A program made the translations under genes and the position numbers. From the NCBI GenBank assembly GCA_035526335.1, contig DATLCN010000026.1, forward strand, positions 14,765 through 78,764: a DNA stretch of 64,000 nucleotides, in the 5' to 3' direction. Below are positions 46,255-53,254 of the stretch, piece by piece; position 1 is the stretch's first letter, and each line of letters starts with the position of its first letter. The notes below the pieces were generated by a model. That model saw only the letters and a list, made by a program, of their open reading frames with translations. It did no database searches and was not told the origin of the DNA. The stretch comes from Acidimicrobiales bacterium. Its GTDB lineage: Bacteria; Actinomycetota; Acidimicrobiia; Acidimicrobiales; GCA-2861595.

Positions 46255-47078
46255 GTGGTGGCGCCGTGCTCGCGCAGGAGCGCCTCCAGCTTGAGCTTGT
46301 CGTGCTGCTCGCCCTCGGCGAGGGTCTTGAGGACCAGTACGCAGGGAAGCCCGTACTCGCCGCCGGCGAACTGCTTGCGCCGGGTGCCGGCGATGGCCAC
46401 GGCGCGGTCCGGGATCGTGCCCCTCCCGACCTCCTCCCCTGTCTCCACGTCGATCACCGGAATCGACGACGAGAGGATGACGCCGGCGCCGACCTTGGCG
46501 CCCCGTCCGACGCGCGCGCCCTCCACGATCATGCAGCGACTGCCGATGAAGGCGTCGTCACCGATCATGACCGGTGCCGCCTGGGGCGGCTCCAGCACAC
46601 CCCCGATCCCGACCCCACCCGAGAGGTGGACGTTGGCGCCGACCTGGGCACAGGACCCGACAGTGGCCCAGGTGTCGACCATGGAGTTGGCACCCACCCG
46701 GGCTCCGATGTTCACGTAGCCCGGCATCAGGGTGACGCCGCGCTCGAGGAACGAACCCCAACGGGCCGAGCCACCCGGGACCACCCGCACGCCCGCCGCC
46801 GCGTAGCCGTGCTTGAGCGGGATGCGGTCGGCGTACTCGAAGGGCCCGACCTCGGTGGTCTCCATGGCCGAGAGCCGGAACAGCAGCAGGATGGCCTGCT
46901 TGAGCCACCGGTTGACGACCACCTCCCCGGTGGCGGGGTCGAGCTCCGCCACCCGGACCTGGCCGCTGTCGAGCAGGTGGATGGCTTCGTGCACAGCCTT
47001 GGTGGCGTCGGCGTCACCGGGAGCCAGCTCCTCCCGGCGCGCCCACAACTCCTCGATCGTCGCTCGCAGCTCGGCCAT
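46251..47078 (-). CDS. dapD: 2,3,4,5-tetrahydropyridine-2,6-dicarboxylate N-succinyltransferase
   Basis: Left-handed beta-helix hexapeptide repeats (GYVNIGARVGANSMVDTWATVGSCAQVGANVHLSGGVGIGGVLEP...IGDDAFIGSRCMIVEGARVG) with a DapD-type N-terminal domain. Confidence 0.9.
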   Translation of the reverse strand: MAELRATIEELWARREELAPGDADATKAVHEAIHLLDSGQVRVAELDPATGEVVVNRWLKQAILLLFRLSAMETTEVGPFEYADRIPLKHGYAAAGVRVVPGGSARWGSFLERGVTLMPGYVNIGARVGANSMVDTWATVGSCAQVGANVHLSGGVGIGGVLEPPQAAPVMIGDDAFIGSRCMIVEGARVGRGAKVGAGVILSSSIPVIDVETGEEVGRGTIPDRAVAIAGTRRKQFAGGEYGLPCVLVLKTLAEGEQHDKLKLEALLREHGATT

Positions 47079-47104
47079 GCGCCGAGGCTAGCGACGGGTC
47101 CGAC

Positions 47105-48010
47105 TCAGCCGCCGCACTCCTCGAAGCCGTACTCCTCGAACGGCTCCTCGGTGGCCTCGAAGCCTCTGTTCACGTCCTTGAAGGCGGCGTTGTAGGCCGT
47201 CTTGTCGCCGGCCTCGGCCGCGGCCAGGAGCTTTTCGATGGCCGGGTTCACCGCGTCGAGGCTGTCGATCAGTTCCTTCACCTTGGCTTCGTCGCCTGGG
47301 GGCGGAGTGAGGGCCCGCAGCTTGGCCACCTGATCGCGCTGGGAGGGGAGGATGACCTTGAGCGCCGTGGCCGCCTCGGGCAACTTGGCCGAGAAGACGG
47401 GGCCGAGCTTGGGCTCGACGATCTCGTCGGCCGCCTTGCACACCGCATCGCCCTGGTCCACGAAGGCCTGCTGCTCCGGAGTGAGCGGCGTCGCCGGGCC
47501 CTTGCCCTTGCCCTTGCCCTCGTCCTCGTCCTCGTCCTCGTCCTCCTCACCGCACACCTTGAACCCGTAGTCGCGGGAAGCCTTGTCCAGCGCCTCGAAC
47601 TCATCGAAGTTCTCGAAGAAGGTCTCCTTGAACTTCTCCTCGTCGCCGGCCTTGGCGTGCTCGGCTGCGGTGGAGATGGTGGTTCCGAGCTTCTTGACTC
47701 GGGCGTTGATCTTTTCGATGACGGCGGCGTCGGCCTCGGGGCCCTCCAGGTCGGTGAAGTCGGCCACGAACTTCTCGGTCGCCTCGGCGACCTTCGGTAG
47801 CTCGGACTTGGCCACGGCCATGTCGACATCGGGGAACTCGGCGAAGATCTTGTCGAACGTCGGATCCCCCTCCTCGTCGATGGCCTTGCACAGGGCGTCG
47901 CCCTTGGCGATGTACTCGGCCTTGGACAACTCCTCGTCACTGCCGCAGGCCGCCAGCACCATCGCTGCGGCCAGGCTGACGGCAATCGGTCCGATCGATC
48001 TCTTCCTCAT
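47105..48010 (-). CDS. acidic lipoprotein with an internal two-domain duplication; function unknown
   Basis: From ATG 48010 the protein reads MRKRSIGPIAVSLAAAMVLAAC (lipobox). Two similar ~130-aa halves each begin ...GDA(L/V)CKA.DE... and end ...YGF(K/E)(V/E)CG. They are joined by EEDEDEDEDEGKGKGKG. Confidence 0.6.
   Translation of the reverse strand: MRKRSIGPIAVSLAAAMVLAACGSDEELSKAEYIAKGDALCKAIDEEGDPTFDKIFAEFPDVDMAVAKSELPKVAEATEKFVADFTDLEGPEADAAVIEKINARVKKLGTTISTAAEHAKAGDEEKFKETFFENFDEFEALDKASRDYGFKVCGEEDEDEDEDEGKGKGKGPATPLTPEQQAFVDQGDAVCKAADEIVEPKLGPVFSAKLPEAATALKVILPSQRDQVAKLRALTPPPGDEAKVKELIDSLDAVNPAIEKLLAAAEAGDKTAYNAAFKDVNRGFEATEEPFEEYGFEECGG
47499..47544. repeat. two abutting hexanucleotide microsatellites, (CCCTTG)3 and (CGTCCT)4
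   Basis: They encode the EEDEDEDEDEGKGKGKG linker between the two halves of the lipoprotein at 47105..48010. Confidence 0.85.
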
Positions 48011-48116
48011 GGTTCCCCCATCGCTGAACATCGCCGCGCCGTCTGCGCGCGGGCGGGACCCTAGCCATCAGGGCCGGCCGAGTAAAGGACATGTTGATCA
48101 AAGGACAGGCACCGAG

Positions 48117-48518
48117 GTGGAGGCGGGCGATGCGCCGGTGGTGACGCTGCTCGACGCCGGCGCCGAGCCCCAGAAGAAGCTGCGCCTGGCCCTCGTGAAG
48201 GGCGCCACCCTGAGGGCTTCGTTGACTTTGAAGTTCGGCTTCGAGCTGGAGGCCCAGGGCAAGCCCCTGCCGCCCAACGCCATCCCGCCCATCCGGGTCG
48301 ACCTCGGTGCCACCGTGAACGACCTCGAGGAGAACGGCGACGCCGAGGTCGGGTTCTCCTATGAGCGCATCGACGTCGTCGACGACGGCAGCGTCGACAA
48401 GGCGGTGATCGAGCAGGTTCGCAACAGCGGCCTCGACAAGCTGGCCAACCTGACCGGCACGACCACGATCAGCCCTCGCGGCGTGGCCGTGGACAGCGGG
48501 CTCGGCGTCCCCGAGGAC
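48117..48518 (+). pseudogene. possible gene remnant: ~134 codons of coding-quality sequence with no stop before it runs antisense into dapC
   Basis: GTG 48117, then VEAGDAPVVTLLDAGAEPQKKLRLALVKGATLRASLTLKFGFELEAQGKPLPP...GTTTISPRGVAVDSGLGVPED with high GC3. Beyond about 48519 the same frame is the third-position-matched shadow of the aminotransferase gene. No signal peptide or start context is evident. Confidence 0.3.
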
Positions 48519-49772
48519 TCAGCCCGCTTTGGCCAGGCGCTCGGCGACCAGGGCCAGGCGCTCGACCGGCTGGACGAGGGCGACGCGTACATGGCCGGCG
48601 CCGGCGGCGCCGTAGAGGTCTCCAGGGCTCACCAGGCAGCCACCGTCGCGGGCGAGACGCTCAGCGAATCCCCAAGCGTCACCGTCGGGGGCCGGCGCCC
48701 ACAGGTAGAACCCGCCCTCCGGCTCCGGCGCTTGGACACCGATGTCGCCGAGAATGCCGGCGAAGACCTGGATGCGCTCCCGGTACAGACCACGCTGGGC
48801 CTCGACGTGGTCATCGTCGCCCAGGGCGACGGCGCCGGCAGCCTGTACCGGCCCCGGCACCAGCATCCCGACGTGCTTGCGCACCTCGGAGAGGTACTGC
48901 GTGATGTCTGCGTCGCCAGCGTAGAAGCCGGCTCTCAGGCCGGCGAGGTTCGATCGCTTCGACAGCGAGTGAACAGCGACGACGCCTTCCCTCCCGTGTT
49001 CCAGGATCGTCCGGCGGGTTGATTCCGGCTTTCCTTCTTCGTGACGGACGCCGGGGGCGGCCGGTTCTGTGGAGCCTTCATCGAATCCTGACCCTGGCTC
49101 GGTTACCTCATGGGGGACCCCGCGGATGGGCACTCTTCGGGCAGTTGCGTCTGTGGCGCCCCAAATGAACTCGACGTAGCACTCGTCGCTGAACACGGGC
49201 ACGCCGTGGGCCCGGCCCCAGGCGGCGGCGGCGGCGACGTCTTCGACCTGGCCGGCCGGGTTGCCAGGGGTGTTGACCCAGAGACAGAGGGCCCGGGCGG
49301 CGTCGGCTGCATCGATGGCCGACAGTTCCAGGCGCCAGTGCTCGTCCACCGGAACGGTGACGGCTCGGCACCCGGCGAGGGTCGCCCCCATGGCGTAGCT
49401 CGGGTACGACACGGAGGGATAGAGCACGGTGTCCAGGTCGGGGCGGCGCAGGTTGAGCCAGTGGGGAAGGGTGGTGACGAACTCTTTGGTGCCCACGCAG
49501 GCATAGATGGCCGCCGGCTCGACCGTCACGCCGAGCCGTCGCTGCATCCACCCGGAGGCGGCCTCGCGGTAGCCGGCGTTCCCCACGGAGGCCGGGTAGC
49601 CCCGCTCGGCGTTGGAGCTCGACAGGGCAGCCACCACGGCCGGCGGGGGCGCATCGTTGGGAGTTCCGATGGAGAGGTCGACCATGCCGCCTTCATGGGC
49701 CTGCGCCAGCTTCTGGGCGCCGGCCAGCCGTTCGTACGGGTAGACCGGCGGCTGGAAGGGCTCGGGGCTCAT
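48519..49772 (-). CDS. dapC: succinyldiaminopimelate aminotransferase-like class I/II aminotransferase
   Basis: VNTPGNPAGQ, SDECY and HSLSKRSNLAGLRAGF (PLP lysine). Sits in the dap gene neighbourhood. Contains an atypical ~45-aa insertion (see findings). Confidence 0.8.
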   Translation of the reverse strand: MSPEPFQPPVYPYERLAGAQKLAQAHEGGMVDLSIGTPNDAPPPAVVAALSSSNAERGYPASVGNAGYREAASGWMQRRLGVTVEPAAIYACVGTKEFVTTLPHWLNLRRPDLDTVLYPSVSYPSYAMGATLAGCRAVTVPVDEHWRLELSAIDAADAARALCLWVNTPGNPAGQVEDVAAAAAWGRAHGVPVFSDECYVEFIWGATDATARRVPIRGVPHEVTEPGSGFDEGSTEPAAPGVRHEEGKPESTRRTILEHGREGVVAVHSLSKRSNLAGLRAGFYAGDADITQYLSEVRKHVGMLVPGPVQAAGAVALGDDDHVEAQRGLYRERIQVFAGILGDIGVQAPEPEGGFYLWAPAPDGDAWGFAERLARDGGCLVSPGDLYGAAGAGHVRVALVQPVERLALVAERLAKAG

Positions 49773-51028
49773 GAGACGAGGAACTCGCGGAAGCGGGCCG
49801 CGCCGGCGCCGTCCAGGCGGGCCCGGAAGCGGGTCGACTCCTCCTCCTGCTGTTCGACGAGGACCTCGCCCTCCCGGTGCAGGGCGGCCACCACGTCACC
49901 CCGAGCGAAGGGGACCACCAGCTCGACCACCTTGGAGGCGGCGCGGAGGCGGTCTCCTATGGCGACGAGCAGCTGGTCCACGCCGGCGCCGGTGGTGGCG
50001 GACAGGGCCACCGACCCGGGGTGATCACCGGAGAGGCGCTTGGCTTCATCGGTTAGGTCGGACTTGTTGAACGCCAGCAGCTCGGGAACGCCGCCGGCGC
50101 CGATATCGTCCAGCACACCGCGTACAGCGTCCACCTGCTCCTCCACGTTCGGCGCGGCCGAATCCACCACGTGCACGAGCAGGTCGGACTCCGACACCAC
50201 CTCGAGCGTGGAACGGAAGGCCTCCACCAACTGATGGGGCAGCTTGCGGACGAATCCCACGGTGTCGGAGAGCAGTACCGCCTCCCCGCCCGGGAGGTCG
50301 AGGCGCCGGGTGCGGGGGTCGAGGGTGGCGAACAGCCGGTTTTCCACGAGAACTCCCGCGTCGGTCAGATGGTTGAGCAGCGTGGACTTGCCGGCGTTGG
50401 TGTAACCGACCAGCGAGACGCCAGGGAGGCGGCTGCGCCGGCGGCCCTTGCGTTGGAGCCGGCGGTTCTTGGTCAGCTCCTTGAGTTCGGCCTCGAGGCT
50501 GGTGATGCGGCGCATCAGGCGCCGGCGGTCGACCTCCAGCTGGGTCTCACCGGGGCCCCTGGTGCCGATGCCACCGGCCTGCTGGGAAAGCGCAGTCCCC
50601 CGCCCACGCAGGCGGGGCAGGCGGTAGCGGAGCAGGGCCAGCTCCACCTGGGCCTTTCCCTCGGGGGTGGAGGCGTTCTGGGCGAAGATGTCGAGGATCA
50701 CCGCGGTGCGGTCGATGGCCGTGCGGCCGAGGATCTTTTCGAGGTTGCGCTGCTGGGCCGGGCTCAGCTCGTCGTCGAAGACGACCGTGTCGGAGTCCTC
50801 GGTCAGCGACATTTCGGCCAGCTCGGCCGCCTTGCCCTTGCCGACGTAGGTGGCCGGGTCGGGAGCGTTGCGGCGCTGGATGGTGCGGGCGACCACGTCG
50901 GCGCCGGCGGTGCCGACCAGCTGGGCCAGCTCGTCGAGGTGGGCCTCGACCTCCTCGAGCCTGGTGTGGCCGAGGGCCACGCCGACCAGGATGATCTTCT
51001 CCCGGAACGAGCGCTCGATGAGGGTCAC
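49769..51028 (-). CDS. hflX: GTPase HflX
   Basis: An HflX N-terminal domain (YVGKGKAAEL...DDELSPAQQRNLE), GPGETQLEVDRR, and G motifs GYTNAGKSTL, DTVGF and NKSD. GTG 51028 overlaps the dapF stop (GTGA). The track ORF is over-extended. Confidence 0.92.
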   Translation of the reverse strand: MTLIERSFREKIILVGVALGHTRLEEVEAHLDELAQLVGTAGADVVARTIQRRNAPDPATYVGKGKAAELAEMSLTEDSDTVVFDDELSPAQQRNLEKILGRTAIDRTAVILDIFAQNASTPEGKAQVELALLRYRLPRLRGRGTALSQQAGGIGTRGPGETQLEVDRRRLMRRITSLEAELKELTKNRRLQRKGRRRSRLPGVSLVGYTNAGKSTLLNHLTDAGVLVENRLFATLDPRTRRLDLPGGEAVLLSDTVGFVRKLPHQLVEAFRSTLEVVSESDLLVHVVDSAAPNVEEQVDAVRGVLDDIGAGGVPELLAFNKSDLTDEAKRLSGDHPGSVALSATTGAGVDQLLVAIGDRLRAASKVVELVVPFARGDVVAALHREGEVLVEQQEEESTRFRARLDGAGAARFREFLVS

Positions 51029-52032
51029 GGCCAGTCCACCTCGATCCGGGCGATGAGTTGGGTGGGACCGCTGAGGATCACCGAGCCGGGCGGCGCCGGG
51101 TCGGCGGCGCCGGACGACGGGTCCACAGTTTCGCCTTCCGGGCTCAGTTCGAAGCCAGCGGTGCCGGCGCCGGGTCGAAGCTCGGTGCCGGCGCCGGCGC
51201 CGGCGCCGGCGGGCCGGTGCACGGTGAGGTTGTCCGGTCGAAGTTCGATGTCCCCGTCGCCGCCGGGCTGGTGCACGGTGAGGTTGTCCGGTCGAAGTTC
51301 GATGTCCGCGTCGCCGCCGGGCTGGTGCACGGTGACATTGGAGCCGACGAGTCCCCAGCTGTACGCCGCCGTGGCCGCCGCGCAGGCGCCGGTGCCACAG
51401 GCCAGAGTCTCCCCGACGCCGCGCTCCCAGACACGCATCGTCAGCTCGTCCTGGCCAGGACCGACGGCGACGAACTCGACGTTCACTCCCCCCGGGGTCA
51501 GCGCCTCCATCTGCGGCCCCAGCTCGCCGATTTCGAGCTGGCGGGGATCTGGTCCGAGCAGGACCAGGTGGGGGTTGCCCAGGTCCACCGTCCGGACCCG
51601 CCGCCCCAGGCACTCCTGGGGCTGGTCCGGCCCCAGGGTGGCCGGGCCCATGTCCACGCTCACCCGGCGGATCCCGGACCCTGTCTCGTCCTCCACGGTC
51701 ACCTGTCGCAAGCCGCCACCGGTGGCGATGGTGAGCTGCGGACCCTTACCCAGGCCGGCGTCGACGACGGCCTGGGCGAGACAGCGGATCCCGTTCCCGC
51801 TCATCTCGGCCATGCCTCCGTCGGCGTTGCGCAGCGTCATGGTGATGTCCGCATGGGCCGGTCCGGTGCGGGCATGGATCATCCCGTCGGCACCGATCCC
51901 CCGGTGACGGTCGCAGAGGGAGCGGGCCATCTCGAGCCCGAAGTCCACCTGGGCGTCCGGGTCGAGAAGGACGAGGAAGTCGTTGCCAAGGGCGTGGTGC
52001 TTGGTGAGGTGCAGAATGGTCGATGCCGTCAT
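51025..52032 (-). CDS. dapF: diaminopimelate epimerase (with an in-frame tandem repeat near the C-terminus)
   Basis: LTKHHALGNDFLVL, MSGNGIRC (first catalytic Cys), ERGVGETLACGTGACAA (second catalytic Cys). ATG 52032 overlaps the miaA stop (ATGA). Confidence 0.9.
   Translation of the reverse strand: MTASTILHLTKHHALGNDFLVLLDPDAQVDFGLEMARSLCDRHRGIGADGMIHARTGPAHADITMTLRNADGGMAEMSGNGIRCLAQAVVDAGLGKGPQLTIATGGGLRQVTVEDETGSGIRRVSVDMGPATLGPDQPQECLGRRVRTVDLGNPHLVLLGPDPRQLEIGELGPQMEALTPGGVNVEFVAVGPGQDELTMRVWERGVGETLACGTGACAAATAAYSWGLVGSNVTVHQPGGDADIELRPDNLTVHQPGGDGDIELRPDNLTVHRPAGAGAGAGTELRPGAGTAGFELSPEGETVDPSSGAADPAPPGSVILSGPTQLIARIEVDWP
51217..51324. repeat. 54-bp tandem repeat x2 (53/54 identical) inside dapF, with degenerate further copies and a (GCCGGC)n tract on the low-coordinate side
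   Basis: Units 51217..51270 and 51271..51324 both read gtgcacggtgaggttgtccggtcgaagttcgatgtcc(c/g)cgtcgccgccgggctg. A partial copy starts at 51325. The region 51150..51216 holds tcgaagctcggtgccggcgccggcgccggcgccggc. Confidence 0.9.
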
Positions 52033-53075
52033 GGGTGGCTCCAGTCTCCCAGCAGGGCAGGGAGAAGGGCGAACGGGTCGCTGGCAGTGCCGTACCAGGT
52101 GATCCGCGGATCCCGCCGGAACCACATGCGCTGGCGCCGCGAAAAGGCGCACGTTCGACGGATCGTCTTCTCGACGGCTTCGTCGAGGCTGCACTCACCG
52201 GCCAGGTGAGCCAGGATTTCCCGGTACCCGAGGGCCTGGCCGGCCGTCCGCGACAGACCACTCTGCCGGACCCGGGAGCCGGCGCCGGTGGCAACCTGTT
52301 CAGTTTCGGGCGGTGCCCCGGCAGCGTCAGCAGCCCGATCGGCAGGGATGGTCGGGCCACGGTCGCTGCCGGCCTGCGCGGCGAGAGCGCGAACCTCCTC
52401 GAGCAGGCCGCTGTGGAGGATCGCTTGCACCCGCGCCTCGACCCGGGCGGCGATGACGGGGCGGGGCAGCCAGACGCCGGCCATTCGGAACCTCGGCGCC
52501 GGCGGGTGGGCGTCGAGGCCCGGGCCGAAGGAGGAGAACGGCCGGCCCGACCCGATCGTCACCTCGAGCGCCCGCACGACTCGCCGGCGGTTGGACGGCT
52601 CCATCCGCGCTGCTGCAGGTGGGTCCAGTTCGGCCAGACGGCGGTAGAGGCCGGCGGTGTCGCCCTCGGCCTCGATCTCGGCCCGCATCTCGGGCCACTG
52701 GCCAGGCATGTCGAGCCCGTCCACCACCGCCCGCAGGTACAGCCCCGTGCCGCCGACCAGCAGGGCCCGGTGACCTCTGGCCTCGATCGCGGCCAGGGCC
52801 TCGCCGGCAGCGACCTGGAAATCCGACACGGAGAATTCGTGGCTGGGGTCGGCCAGGTCGATCAGGTGGTGGGGCACCTCGGCCTGCTCCACAGCCGTGG
52901 GCTTTGCCGTGCCCACGTCCATTCCCCGGTACACCTGCATCGAGTCGACCGACACCAGCTCCACCGCCGGCCCCGGCAGCCGGCGGGCCAGCCCCAGCGC
53001 CAGCGCGGACTTGCCTGACGCCGTAGGCCCGACGAGCACCAGATGGCGGCCATGGTACTCACCTTGCGAGGACAT
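52029..53075 (-). CDS. miaA: tRNA dimethylallyltransferase
   Basis: LVLVGPTASGKSALAL, DSMQVYRGMDVGTAKP, LVGGTGLY and QALGYRE. ATG 53075 was chosen; the track ORF 52029..54698 is over-extended. Confidence 0.92.
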   Translation of the reverse strand: MSSQGEYHGRHLVLVGPTASGKSALALGLARRLPGPAVELVSVDSMQVYRGMDVGTAKPTAVEQAEVPHHLIDLADPSHEFSVSDFQVAAGEALAAIEARGHRALLVGGTGLYLRAVVDGLDMPGQWPEMRAEIEAEGDTAGLYRRLAELDPPAAARMEPSNRRRVVRALEVTIGSGRPFSSFGPGLDAHPPAPRFRMAGVWLPRPVIAARVEARVQAILHSGLLEEVRALAAQAGSDRGPTIPADRAADAAGAPPETEQVATGAGSRVRQSGLSRTAGQALGYREILAHLAGECSLDEAVEKTIRRTCAFSRRQRMWFRRDPRITWYGTASDPFALLPALLGDWSHP

Positions 53076-53077
53076 GG

Positions 53078-53209
53078 CAGGCTGTCGCAAAATCAACGTC
53101 AGATACGGCTGCGGGATGTCAAGCGGACTTGTTTCGACGGCGACAGCGTTTTGTGGAAACGGTTCTTGCCGACGAAACCAGCAAGCCGACGGGATTCTGC
53201 GACAGCTTG
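53078..53209 (-). promoter_or_regulatory. structured low-GC leader upstream of miaA with nested inverted repeats and a thrice-used 8-mer
   Basis: The outer arms 53078..53094 and 53193..53209 match at 15 of 17 positions. The inner arms are GTTTCGACGG (53131..53140) and CCGACGAAAC (53169..53178). GCGACAGC occurs at 53140..53147 and 53199..53206, and its complement GCTGTCGC at 53081..53088, 5 nt from the miaA ATG. Confidence 0.35.
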
Positions 53210-53254
53210 ATAGGGGCCGTTTTCCGCTCTGTATGCACTCGCAATTGAGGTGGG

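Noticed and set aside
47583-49022. A 479-aa plus-strand ORF, or its 301-aa version from GTG 48117, as an intact gene.
   Set aside because: Its first part is antisense to the lipoprotein gene and its last 500 nt are antisense to the well-supported dapC 3' half, which includes the PLP-lysine motif. Only 48117..48518 has independent coding character, so I reported that segment as a possible remnant.
51168-51216. The (GCCGGC)n tract as an independent microsatellite or regulatory element.
   Set aside because: It lies inside dapF, is in frame (encoding AGAGAG) and is best explained as a decayed part of the 54-bp repeat family. It is covered under that finding.
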